Below, one piece after another: positions 11,650-22,851 of a DNA stretch of 60,279 bases. The position numbers and the translations under genes are program-made. Source of the stretch: Thraustochytrium aureum (taxonomy: Eukaryota); assembly GCA_012862495.1 (NCBI GenBank), contig BLSG01000216.1:375492-435770 (forward strand). Reading direction: 5' to 3'. Below the pieces are notes generated by a model that made no database searches, had not been told where the DNA came from, and saw nothing but the letters and a program-made list of their open reading frames with translations. Each line of letters starts with the position of its first letter. Within the stretch, counting starts at the first letter, position 1.

Positions 11650-12804
11650 CAAGAGCAGGAGCACGTGGAGCGCGCTTTGGAGCTGCGGCGGCCGTGGCTG
11701 CGCGGAAGACGTAGAAAGGCGACCGAGGACGCCGACGGCAGGATGGAGGTGGACTGCGAGGCGCACAAGTCCGGCGAGGACTGGGTCGCGGTGGATAGCG
11801 AGACGAATGCGAGCGAGCCGGGCGCCGTTGTTGGGGAAGGCAGTGAGCTCGATGTGGAAGTGGAAGAGGTCGAGTCGCCCGTCGGGGCCGCGGCAACGAC
11901 GACGTCGCCGGAAGAACGGAACGCGCTCGTGCAAGGCGATTCTGACGAGGAGGACGACGAGACGGACGGCTTCCCCGAGAGCGAGCACGAAGATGGACGC
12001 GCTTCAAGCGGCAGCGTCGATGCGATCGCCAAGAGCCAGGTACTCGAGCAGGCTGTGAGCGCGCCCATGTACTCGGAAGGGGACGAGGCCTCCGTCGGTA
12101 GCTGCAGCGTCGACGGTGAGCTGCACAACGGCGCCTCCAGCGACGGCGAAGAGGACAACGAGGAAGAGGAGGACAGTGGAGAGGGAGAGGGAGGCGAGGA
12201 GGACTTTGCTGGCGGCGACGGGGCAGGACACGTCCCCAACGCCAAGCTCGAGCTGTTGACGCGTCGCAGCTGCCCGGAGCAGGACGCGCAGGAGGACGTA
12301 CCGCCGACTGATTCTGCTAGCGGTGCGCGGCGCTTGCGAGAGCGGTGCGAGAGCGACGACTGCGACGGCGGGTTTTACGAGTGCGGCGCGCCGCGCATGT
12401 GGCCGATCCTCGCAATTGTCGTGTTCGTGTGCTTTTTCGCCGCTCGGGCCGTCGGCGGGTCTTCCCAGGCAGACCCCAAACTCCATCAGGCCCTGCACGA
12501 AGCAGCGGCAGCTCGCGCTAGTGTGTCGTCCCTGGAGCAGCGGCTCGCTGCCAAGGTCGCCGACGTAGCTGACCTAGCCAACAAGTTGCAAGAGACCAAG
12601 ACCGCTCTCAAGAATCTGCGCGACAAGGCTGCGCTCGTGGCTGAGGACCATCGCTTATCCATGCATTACCTGACGGAGGCGCTTGACCTGTGCGGATGGT
12701 GGTGCGAGGAAACAAAGCAGTCGATGAGCACCTACCACGGCTGGCGCTTCGTGCAAGACCCAAACTACCCGCGCATCGTCAAAGGAGCAGCGTCGCCACC
12801 CTAG
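11650..12804 (+). CDS. Hypothetical protein: acidic low-complexity region, single TM helix, coiled coil (5' end uncertain, gap)
   Basis: Long open frame; D/E-rich; MWPILAIVVFVCFFAA hydrophobic segment; heptad-like LEQRLAAKVADVADLANKLQETKTALKNL. Confidence 0.6.
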   Translation, partial: QEQEHVERALELRRPWLRGRRRKATEDADGRMEVDCEAHKSGEDWVAVDSETNASEPGAVVGEGSELDVEVEEVESPVGAAATTTSPEERNALVQGDSDEEDDETDGFPESEHEDGRASSGSVDAIAKSQVLEQAVSAPMYSEGDEASVGSCSVDGELHNGASSDGEEDNEEEEDSGEGEGGEEDFAGGDGAGHVPNAKLELLTRRSCPEQDAQEDVPPTDSASGARRLRERCESDDCDGGFYECGAPRMWPILAIVVFVCFFAARAVGGSSQADPKLHQALHEAAAARASVSSLEQRLAAKVADVADLANKLQETKTALKNLRDKAALVAEDHRLSMHYLTEALDLCGWWCEETKQSMSTYHGWRFVQDPNYPRIVKGAASPP

Positions 12805-13308
12805 GGCGCCTGCCGCCGGCCGCGACGGCGCCTCTCGCCCCCGCCCAGCCTGATTGCGCTCATTTGTAAGTAGATGCGGCGCCTCGCGGCCCAGTGGCGC
12901 CGCGGTCCGCACTCTCCGGAAGCTCTCCGAGTGCTGACGTTGTAGACACTCTCTCTCACCAACTTTGATCAAGAAAGACAAAGGATTCGAAGGACGACGC
13001 GTCATTTCACGTGTCAGAACTGGTTGTTTCGATGTTGGTCTGCCCCCCCACCCTGCTCGCCCGCTCCAACTCTTCGGGATGCGCCTCCCGTCGCCACTTG
13101 CTTGCTTGCCCGCCGCTCTACCGCGGGAGCTAGCCGGCGTTTTGAGCGTTTACGGAAGCGTGCCGGCCTTGTCGACCTGCGCGCGAGCACTGCGGCTCCT
13201 CGCCCGCAGAAAAGCAAGACAAGCTCCCCAAGGAGACCAAAGCCGACCTGGCACGCACTGTGCAGTCCCTTGCGCGGCACAGACCAGCCCCTCCGCTCGT
13301 TCGCCACC

Positions 13309-14057
13309 TCAAGAAGTGGCCGAGCGCGCCCCGAAAAGCGGCTCTTCTTCGGTTGGCGCAAGCAGCTCGCCCTCGTCTATATACATCCCCACATCAGCCA
13401 CGTCCACAAAGCTCTGCCGCTTGAGGAATCCGTCGATGATGCAAAACTGCAGGCTGTTGCACAGCGCCGGCCACAGAACCATCACCAGCACAAGCTCAAA
13501 ACGCGGATACAAGTTGAGCGGGGTGAAAAGATTCGCTCCGAGCGTCGATAGAGGCCCGTCCAGCGCCCAGAGCGGGAGCGCAAGCAGCAGCTTGGTCAAA
13601 ACCACCACGGAGACCCACACCACGACTTGGCGCAGCCACAATGTCGTGTTGACGCGGAGCGTGGATTCGTCATAGTACTCGCCGGTGCGTGGCTGATCGT
13701 ACCCAATGGTCTGCTGGTAGGCCTGAAGCAGCAAGTACGACAGCGGCACACCGAGCAGAGTGTCGACGGTATGGTTGAGCGCGTACCACGCACACTCGTT
13801 CTGGCGCCTTCTGCGAGCCTCGCAAGAGACAAGGCTATCAAGATATTCAGCACGTGGCCCGTGCCTGCGCCGGCAGCTTGCTTGACGCTGTCAAACACCC
13901 AGATCTGCCTCGCCCTCCGCGGCTCCTCAAACACCCACTTGACATACAACGTGCAGACCACGACGCTCGCCAGAAACCCCTGCACCAGCAGCGCGAACGG
14001 CCCGGACACGAGCACGCAGCGCCTGCCCTCGTCCACGACACTGTCGACGTCGTCCAT
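13309..14057 (-). CDS. STIMATE/TMEM110 (YPL162C-like) multi-pass membrane protein
   Basis: C.L..GPFALLVQ, EEPRR..IWVFDSVKQ..GA..H, NECAWY..N..DTLLG, GEY, W..Q, P.FELVLVMVLWP...NSLQF.IIDGFLK; one indel near 13800. Confidence 0.85.
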
Positions 14058-15276
14058 CGCTGCGCCCAAGGCCTCGGGTCGACCTTGGCGAGCCGCTGCG
14101 AGTGCCACTCGCGCGAGCAAGCACCGCAGCGCGCCGCGCCGCCCCGGGCCGCAAGAGCGCGGGCTGCTCGGCAGGCTGCTGTTGCGGGTCTGCTGCGGGG
14201 CGGATCCAAGCCCTGTCGACAGAACGCCAAGTGCCCGTCCTGCTGGCAGTCTGACCACCGTCCTGACCCCTCGCGGCCGCGGCTGGACAGAGTCAGAGCA
14301 GGCGAGAGCGCTAGGAGGGCCTGCTTTTGCAAGGCCTGCCGCTCCTGCTGCTCCTGCGCTGGAGGCGCAGGGAGAGCCGNNNNNNNNNNNNNNNNNNNNN
14401 NNNNNNNNNNNNNNNNNNNNNNNNNNNNNNNNNNNNNNNNNNNNNNNNNNNNNNNNNNNNNNNNNNNNNNNNNNNNNNNNNNNNNNNNNNNNNNNNNNNN
14501 NNNNNNNNNNNNNNNNNNNNNNNNNNNNNNNNNNNNNNNNNNNNNNNNNNNNNNNNNNNNNNNNNNNNNNNNNNNNNNNNNNNNNNNNNNNNNNNNNNNN
14601 NNNNNNNNNNNNNNNNNNNNNNNNNNNNNNNNNNNNNNNNNNNNNNNNNNNNNNNNNNNNNNNNNNNNNNNNNNNNNNNNNNNNNNNNNNNNNNNNNNNN
14701 NNNNNNNNNNNNNNNNNNNNNNNNNNNNNNNNNNNNNNNNNNNNNNNNNNNNNNNNNNNNNNNNNNNNNNNNNNNNNNNNNNNNNNNNNNNNNNNNNNNN
14801 NNNNNNNNNNNNNNNNNNNNNNNNNNNNNNNNNNNNNNNNNNNNNNNNNNNNNNNNNNNNNNNNNNNNNNNNNNNNNNNNNNNNNNNNNNNNNNNNNNNN
14901 NNNNNNNNNNNNNNNNNNNNNNNNNNNNNNNNNNNNNNNNNNNNNNNNNNNNNNNNNNNNNNNNNNNNNNNNNNNNNNNNNNNNNNNNNNNNNNNNNNNN
15001 NNNNNNNNNNNNNNNNNNNNNNNNNNNNNNNNNNNNNNNNNNNNNNNNNNNNNNNNNNNNNNNNNNNNNNNNNNNNNNNNNNNNNNNNNNNNNNNNNNNN
15101 NNNNNNNNNNNNNNNNNNNNNNNNNNNNNNNNNNNNNNNNNNNNNNNNNNNNNNNNNNNNNNNNNNNNNNNNNNNNNNNNNNNNNNNNNNNNNNNNNNNN
15201 NNNNNNNNNNNNNNNNNNNNNNNNNNNNNNNNNNNNNNNNNNNNNNNNNNNNNNNNNNNNNNNNNNNNNNNNNNNN

Positions 15277-16873
15277 GTTGCGGCTTGGCGGCTGGGGCGA
15301 CGCCCTGGACAAAGTCGCCCTCCTCGCTCACGTCGTCGCCCTGCTGGGAGCCCTCCAAAACATCGCTGGAACCCGAAACGACCGCAATGTCTTGCGCGTC
15401 GCGCTGCGCTTCGACAACATCGGGCGCCCTTGCATCGCTCGCAATCGTCGCTGGCGCCGGCTTGCGCGACGTTGGAATAGGCTCTGGCGCGGCGGGCTTG
15501 CGCTCAAGGGGGACCCGCGCAAAGGTCGAGGCAGGTGCGGCCTTGTGCGCAATCGCAGGTCCCGTCGGCGACGACTTGCCGCCAGCAGAGGTTGAAAGCA
15601 AGTCGGAGGGGTCGTCGGCGTCGTCGCCGACGATGTCGTCAGGGTTCTTCGGCTGGTCATGGAGCTCGTCGTGGAGCTCGTCGTGGAGCCCATCGGTCGC
15701 CCCGCCATATCCTAGAGGCCCGCCGTCGAGGTCGACAACCTGCGAGTCGCTCACGAGTCCACTGTGCACCGCGGCGCCGTTGGACACCCCCGCCTGCTGC
15801 CGCAGCTCCTCCCTGGACGCCGTGGGCGCGGGGGCCGCGGCGCGGGAGCTCTCGTCGGTCGCAGCCGCGAATGAATAGCCGAGGAAGTGCACGATGGTTG
15901 GGCGCGCCGAGTTTTTGAGGCGCGGCACGATCACCTCGTAGACAGTCTGGACGACAGACTCGCCCCCTATCTTGCTGATGACGTCCCCGACGCCGACAAA
16001 GCCGGACCGCTCCGCGGCGCCGGGCTTGCCGTCGGGCCCGTTGGTGTAGTTGACAATGGCGGCTTGGGGGAAGACGGGGGTCGGGTTTTCTGCTGAGCCG
16101 TCCGGGCCTTGGGCTGTCCGTTTCTTGAGCCGCAGCCCCAAGAACTCGCCTGGCATGACCGCCACCGAAGTCTCGCGCATCGTGGGGTCGCCCATGCCCA
16201 GGAACGCCTCCATGTCCGGGTTGATGCCGACGCGCGGGACCATGAGCGTCCGCCTCAGCCAGGTCTCCAGCTCGATGCGCCGCGTCTCGAGAAAGTCTGG
16301 CGCGAGGTGGTCCTCGAGGATCTTTGGGTGCCGAGGAGGGTGCTGAGGGACGGACGTCAGCATGTGCGTGCCGCGAAACGCATTGCAAACCTGCGAGTAG
16401 GCGAAGCGAAAATCGCGAAACCGGCGGTGCACTGCAAACTGCATGGGCCGCTCCTTGCCGTGGTACGTGCGGGTGTACCGGACGCGGACCTGGTACCAAA
16501 CCGTTTTCATTCCGTCCACCACGACTTGCGGAATATGCACCTGCACGTCAGTGACGCCGTCCTCGAGGTCTTTGAGGAGCTCGTTGCTCTCCGGGAGTCG
16601 AACTTCTTTGCCGCCCTTGGCCAGCACGCACGTGTACCTAAACTTGCCGAACCGCTGCAGAAACGTCTTGCTCAGGGGCTCGATCACCACGCGGCACACG
16701 ACGCCGTTCCCGAGCCCAAACTGCTTGTCCGGGGGAAACAGCTCCTTCCCTGCGACGTGCAGGCTCGTCATCCGCGTCACCGGGTTGTGCCGAAGCACAA
16801 TCCGCACCGGGTCCATCTCGTCGCCGCGCGCTCTGTACTCCCAGATCCGCGTGACATCCTGCCCGAGGTTCAT
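15277..16873 (-). CDS. FAIM-like N-terminal domain + PX + PDZ protein (C-terminus in gap)
   Basis: PX: TVWYQVRV..VHRRFRDF..PPRHPK..FLETRRIELETWL..FLG. PDZ: LGLRL..GAAERSGFVGVGDVISKIGG..RPTIVHF. N-terminal W...IVLRHNPVT...V.GKE is FAIM-like (weaker). Confidence 0.8.
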
Positions 16874-18252
16874 CGCGGCGAGCCCAGCCACAAGCGTCGC
16901 CACAGCAAGACCCGCCCTCACACGTTGAGCCACGCACGTCCTCGAGCCCCTCGCAGATCAGCGGAATTCCCCCTGGCACGCCGCGCTGCCGCACCACGCG
17001 ACCTGCCCCTCCCTCCCTGCCTCCACGCCCGCTCGCCCGCCCGCCCGCCCGCACGCCTGCCTGCCTGCCTGCCTGCCTACGCCTGCCTGCGCGCCGCGGG
17101 ACTCGCTTTGCCAACGCGCTCGAACGGGATCTGCGACGCCAGCCTGCGACTGCGCCTGCAAGCAAGNNNNNNNNNNNNNNNNNNNNNNNNNNNNNNNNNN
17201 NNNNNNNNNNNNNNNNNNNNNNNNNNNNNNNNNNNNNNNNNNNNNNNNNNNNNNNNNNNNNNNNNNNNNNNNNNNNNNNNNNNNNNNNNNNNNNNNNNNN
17301 NNNNNNNNNNNNNNNNNNNNNNNNNNNNNNNNNNNNNNNNNNNNNNNNNNNNNNNNNNNNNNNNNNNNNNNNNNNNNNNNNNNNNNNNNNNNNNNNNNNN
17401 NNNNNNNNNNNNNNNNNNNNNNNNNNNNNNNNNNNNNNNNNNNNNNNNNNNNNNNNNNNNNNNNNNNNNNNNNNNNNNNNNNNNNNNNNNNNNNNNNNNN
17501 NNNNNNNNNNNNNNNNNNNNNNNNNNNNNNNNNNNNNNNNNNNNNNNNNNNNNNNNNNNNNNNNNNNNNNNNNNNNNNNNNNNNNNNNNNNNNNNNNNNN
17601 NNNNNNNNNNNNNNNNNNNNNNNNNNNNNNNNNNNNNNNNNNNNNNNNNNNNNNNNNNNNNNNNNNNNNNNNNNNNNNNNNNNNNNNNNNNNNNNNNNNN
17701 NNNNNNNNNNNNNNNNNNNNNNNNNNNNNNNNNNNNNNNNNNNNNNNNNNNNNNNNNNNNNNNNNNNNNNNNNNNNNNNNNNNNNNNNNNNNNNNNNNNN
17801 NNNNNNNNNNNNNNNNNNNNNNNNNNNNNNNNNNNNNNNNNNNNNNNNNNNNNNNNNNNNNNNNNNNNNNNNNNNNNNNNNNNNNNNNNNNNNNNNNNNN
17901 NNNNNNNNNNNNNNNNNNNNNNNNNNNNNNNNNNNNNNNNNNNNNNNNNNNNNNNNNNNNNNNNNNNNNNNNNNNNNNNNNNNNNNNNNNNNNNNNNNNN
18001 NNNNNNNNNNNNNNNNNNNNNNNNNNNNNNNNNNNNNNNNNNNNNNNNNNNNNNNNNNNNNNNNNNNNNNCCACGGCTCGGGGGCGCAAACGCGACGAAC
18101 GCGACGAACGCGACGGTAGGTGGTGGAGACCTAGGCCAATTCAGCATGCCCTCGTAAATCAAAAGATCATCGGTGGCGAGCAGGAGAAAAAAGAAAGTAA
18201 GTAGGAAATAGTCTGGTCCGTGCAAGTCCAGTGTGCGAAGCAAAAGAGAACC

Positions 18253-19035
18253 CTACTTGGTCTTCTTGGGCTCTGGCGCCTTGCCCTTTCCCGAGGTCTT
18301 TGGGCCGCCCGTTTCGGCGGAGGCGGCTGGTTGGTTCTCCCTGCGCTGCCGCGCCTGCGCGCCAATCTCGCCAAAAGCGCTCCGCAAATAGAAGCGCAGG
18401 CACATGTAAAGCACGAGGACGATCGCCTGCCAAATCTGCAGCTTGAACGGGAGGCCAGGGATCTCACGCATCACGAATTGCTTGATGCCTTCGATGCCTT
18501 CAAACTTGGGGTCGACCTCAAGGAGGTGGATGCGGAACACGAGCACCGAGTTGCCCGGGATCTTCCCCCCCGCGCCGCGCGAGCCGTACGCGAGCTGGCT
18601 CGGCACGACGACCTCCCAGTGGTCGCCCTCGGCCATGAGCGGCACCACCTCCTGCCAGCCCTTGATCATTCGACTGAGCTCGAACACCGAGGCCTCCCCA
18701 CGGGCGTAGCTCGAGTCAAACTCGTCGCCGTTGACGAGCTTGCCCGAGTACTCCACCTTGCACATCGAGTCAATCTTGGGCGACTTTGCCGTCGGCGAGC
18801 TCGACGACTCGATCACGCGGTACATGACGCCAGACTCGAGCTCCACCACGTCCTCGCCCTGCGCGTACTCGGCCATAAACTCCCGCCCCTCCTCCAGCGG
18901 GTTGGACAGCTTGAGATCGTCAAACACGGCATCGTCGTCCACCACGACCTGCTCTTCAAACTCGTCCCCCAGCGCCGTGCGCCCGCACCAGGCCACAACG
19001 GCGGCTGCCAGGCCCACAACTTGTGCCACCTTCAT
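18253..19035 (-). CDS. FKBP-type peptidyl-prolyl isomerase with signal peptide, C-terminal TM and KKxx motif
   Basis: LESGVMYRVI, VEYSGKLVNGDEFDSSYARG, IKGWQE, VPSQLAYGSRG..IPGNSVLVF; ends KKTK. Confidence 0.92.
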   Translation of the reverse strand: MKVAQVVGLAAAVVAWCGRTALGDEFEEQVVVDDDAVFDDLKLSNPLEEGREFMAEYAQGEDVVELESGVMYRVIESSSSPTAKSPKIDSMCKVEYSGKLVNGDEFDSSYARGEASVFELSRMIKGWQEVVPLMAEGDHWEVVVPSQLAYGSRGAGGKIPGNSVLVFRIHLLEVDPKFEGIEGIKQFVMREIPGLPFKLQIWQAIVLVLYMCLRFYLRSAFGEIGAQARQRRENQPAASAETGGPKTSGKGKAPEPKKTK

Positions 19036-20185
19036 CCTGCCCTCCTCCGAGCGCTTCAAACGGCCAAACCCCACCCCACCCGCACACCCACGCACAGAGA
19101 GCCCCACGCGCGAAGGTCGGTCGCCAGCCCAGGCCGCGAGCAGTCCACCGAGGGATGTGCGCAGCGACCCGCTTCGCGCAGCTCCGTGCGTTCGAGCTCT
19201 GCCACACCGATCAGCCAAGCGCTGCCAAGTCACCAATTCTGCCGCGCGCAAGCCCCACGCATTCCCGGCACAATAAGCAGTACTCCCGAGCCGCTCTTTA
19301 GCACCTTTTCTCTATTTTTAAAAAGCCCTTATTTCGCCGAGACGGCGGGGTGCAGCGGCGTGTAAAATCGATTATCGATTATTCTCCGGATTGATTATTC
19401 GGGCAGATAAATAGAGNNNNNNNNNNNNNNNNNNNNNNNNNNNNNNNNNNNNNNNNNNNNNNNNNNNNNNNNNNNNNNNNNNNNNNNNNNNNNNNNNNNN
19501 NNNNNNNNNNNNNNNNNNNNNNNNNNNNNNNNNNNNNNNNNNNNNNNNNNNNNNNNNNNNNNNNNNNNNNNNNNNNNNNNNNNNNNNNNNNNNNNNNNNN
19601 NNNNNNNNNNNNNNNNNNNNNNNNNNNNNNNNNNNNNNNNNNNNNNNNNNNNNNNNNNNNNNNNNNNNNNNNNNNNNNNNNNNNNNNNNNNNNNNNNNNN
19701 NNNNNNNNNNNNNNNNNNNNNNNNNNNNNNNNNNNNNNNNNNNNNNNNNNNNNNNNNNNNNNNNNNNNNNNNNNNNNNNNNNNNNNNNNNNNNNNNNNNN
19801 NNNNNNNNNNNNNNNNNNNNNNNNNNNNNNNNNNNNNNNNNNNNNNNNNNNNNNNNCGCGGAGTGGCGCGGAGCGAGGTTGGTTTCGTCGCGGCGGTGGT
19901 CGAGCGGCGGCAAGTCCGCAAGTGACGGCGTTGGCGACAGCAGCTGCGGCAGGAGCGCGACCAGGTGCTGCGCGAGCGCCAGGGACGACCGAACGGCGGC
20001 CTGCTGCAAGGCCCGGACCGACCGCCCCTGTGCTTCGCGAGCGCAGGTCGAGAGTGCTCGCACCGCACGTGCAACGCGGGCGGAAGATTTGCGCGGATTG
20101 CGGGCCGCTGTCGGCGAGGGAGGCCTGGGAGAGGCAGCGCGTTGAGGGGCGAGGCGAGGCGCGCTTGGAGGCGTGAGCGGGCGAG

Positions 20186-20656
20186 ATGGCCGCCAACGAG
20201 GAGATGGTGGACCGCGCGCTCGGCAACCTCCGAGTGGTGTCGCAGCGCAGCTCGCCACTGTGCCCCTACCTTACAGGAGACGACTGCTTTCGCAAGCTAG
20301 ATGTGCCAAACACCACCGGGACGACTTGGGCTCGCGAGAAAAAGCGGCAGGAGCACAAGACGTACATCGACAAGGATCCTGAAGTGGTCGAGCATGTGAT
20401 CGCAGGGCAAAAAAGCATCGACTTCTCGCTCAAGTACAAGTTGCGCGATCACGTCGCGGGGCTTTTCAGCGCTCTGGCATCTGTTGACACTGACCGCAGC
20501 ACCGTGTCGGTGTCCAAGTCCACCTTCACGTTCGACGACAGGATGCAGAACGAGCTGCGCGCTGTGGACAAGAGTAACCAAAAGCGCACAAACCAATACT
20601 CGCAGTGGGCTGAGCAACGCGCTCGGGCCAAGCAGCTCGGGTTGAGCTCCAAGTAG
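20186..20656 (+). CDS. Hypothetical protein, 156 aa
   Basis: Clean ATG-TAG ORF with host-like GC3-rich codons; no family recognised. Confidence 0.65.
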   Translation: MAANEEMVDRALGNLRVVSQRSSPLCPYLTGDDCFRKLDVPNTTGTTWAREKKRQEHKTYIDKDPEVVEHVIAGQKSIDFSLKYKLRDHVAGLFSALASVDTDRSTVSVSKSTFTFDDRMQNELRAVDKSNQKRTNQYSQWAEQRARAKQLGLSSK

Positions 20657-21546
20657 TTTGTTGGAAAGCCTAGATTAGCTACTGAGAGAGAAGGCCAGGG
20701 CCTCGGCGCGGTCCGGAAGCCGGAGGCGTTTCCGAGCAAATCAATCAAGCCTCGAGCTTTGGTGTCAAGGCGCTCGCCCTCATCCGCTCAAGGAAACAGC
20801 GGCAACCCAGATGACAATGCGAAAGTGTGCCCGCCTCGCCCCTCGTTGAGGAGCTGGCCGCTGCAAGGCACTGCGGCCTCAAAAACCAAAAACCTTCCTT
20901 GATTTTGATTTTTGATTTGATTGTCTGCAGGCATTGATTGAAACGGCTATTTTTTGGTCGCCCGAGTCTAAAGTCCTCGTCTTTCCGTGGCGAAAGGGCC
21001 AGCCAGCCGGCCTGTCAGAGCTGCGGACTTGAAGAGCGCGGCACGGGAGGCATGGCCCGCGCGACGGGACGCGACGCGGCACCGCGACCTAGCTTGACCC
21101 GGCCACGGGCTAGCCTGACAGGCGATGCCGCCTTGCTTGCAGCGCCGCGCGGCGTCGCGAGGCAGACAACGCTCTCGCGGCTGCCAACTACAGAGACGCC
21201 GCAGCGCCGGTACTCTGCCGTCACGGCGCTGTATGACCTACTCGGTACTCCCCGGGCGCCGCGCGGGTTCNNNNNNNNNNNNNNNNNNNNNNNNNNNNNN
21301 NNNNNNNNNNNNNNNNNNNNNNNNNNNNNNNNNNNNNNNNNNNNNNNNNNNNNNNNNNNNNNNNNNNNNNNNNNNNNNNNNNNNNNNNNNNNNNNNNNNN
21401 NNNNNNNNNNNNNNNNNNNNNNNNNNNNNNNNNNNNNNNNNNNNNNNNNNNNNNNNNNNNNNNNNNNNNNNNNNNNNNNNNNNNNNNNNNNNNNNNNNNN
21501 NNNNNNNNNNNNNNNNNNNNNNNNNNNNNNNNNNNNNNNNNNNNNN

Positions 21547-22243
21547 GTTCTGCTTCGCTGCGGCGATCGCACCGTCTTTGGGTACGGCGCGTGCGGGCAA
21601 GGCCAACTCGGCGTCTTTGTTCAAGTCGGCTCTGCCTGCGCAGGGTCGCAAGCGAGCCTAGGGCCTGGCGATGCGGTTGCAGAGGCCTCGAGCCCCCTCT
21701 CGCCCGGAGCGCACGTGGCGGAGCAGGAGAAGCCGCAAGGAACGATTGTAGTTGAGCCAATCCTCGTCGCGCGGGATGCCAACGCCGTGGCGGCAGCGTT
21801 CGACTCGAGCTTTGCATCAGTGGCACCAAGGTCTGGACACTCGACGGATCGTTCTTGCACTTCTTCCCCTCGCCCGTGGCCCAGCTCGCGTGTGGGCGCA
21901 GCCACGCGCTCGTCCTGCTCAAGCGCAGCGGCCATGTGCTCGCTGGGGGAGTAACGAGCACGGGGCCCTTGGCGTGACCTCAAGCACGCGGCCCGTTGGC
22001 GGCCACGTTGCCACCCCGCAGCTTGTGAATGGGCGGCTTGGCCCATTCTGGCACAAGGTGGAGAGCATCGTGGAGATCGCCGCCGGCGAGCACCACAGCG
22101 CGTGCAGGACCGCTTCCGGGGAGGTCTTCACTTGGGGGAGCGTTTGCGGCAGGAAGATCAAGCTTCGCCCACAAAGGCTTGAGCTCTCTGTGTCTGCTGC
22201 GCGCATCTTTGCAGGGCCGCGGAGCCTCGTCATCCTGAGCTAA
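21547..22243 (+). CDS. RCC1-repeat protein (partial, frameshifted; possible start near 21052 before gap)
   Basis: VFGYGACGQGQLG, WGSNEHGALG, IAAGEHHSACRTASGEVFTWG. Confidence 0.8.
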
Positions 22244-22417
22244 GGCGGACTCTTTGTTGTCGGCGGGGGCAACGGCAAGCGCGGTACGAAACAGACCATG
22301 CAAAGCCCACACAAGCTAAAAAGTCCAGAGTATGTTGTGACAGCACTGCTTCCCAGCCAGAAGCTCACGCGCCGCCCGCGTCCCTCACGCGGGCAGTTCT
22401 AGCACATGGCGCGTTTT

Positions 22418-22851
22418 CTACTCGTCTTCGTCAAGCGCCGTGTTGGTAAAGTCGTAGCGGGTGGGCTTGTGCGCGCCGCCGCAGGCGAGCAGCTCGCGCT
22501 CGAGGCTCGACTCCTGCAGAGCGTCGAGGTCGCCCATGAGTTGCAGGTACATGTGGCATAAGGGGAAGGCGTTCTTGAAGTCGCCGCTCTGCGAGTTGAC
22601 GCGTCCCTTGGTCATCACAGACACCCCGCTCCCGACCCAGATGAAGTGGATGTACTTGCGGCGGATCGACCGAGTCACTTCGCGGTCGTCGACGCCAAGG
22701 CAAGGAGCGCCGACCATCACCTTGTCGTCGGCCCCGGAGAGGATTTTCCTCGACTTTGGCCCGGCCGCCCCTGCCGGTGTTGCCCTCCTCAAGCACCATG
22801 TCGCACTTGCCTTCGAGCGTGAACACGATAAAGTCCACATCACGGTTCTTG
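22418..22851 (-). CDS. Coactosin-like ADF-H actin-binding protein (5' end in gap, frameshifted)
   Basis: RRKYIHFIWVGSGVSVMTKGRV and C-terminal LLACGGAHKPTRYDF, typical of coactosin/drebrin-like ADF-H domains. Confidence 0.75.

Noticed and set aside
12396..12804. KASH-like protein (TM plus C-terminal SPP)
   Set aside because: The TM helix is about 120 aa from the C-terminus, much further than in KASH tails
18071..18157. NAT-NAT-NAT repeat ORF end (AACGCGACG x3)
   Set aside because: Only a short fragment after a long gap; cannot be assigned to a gene
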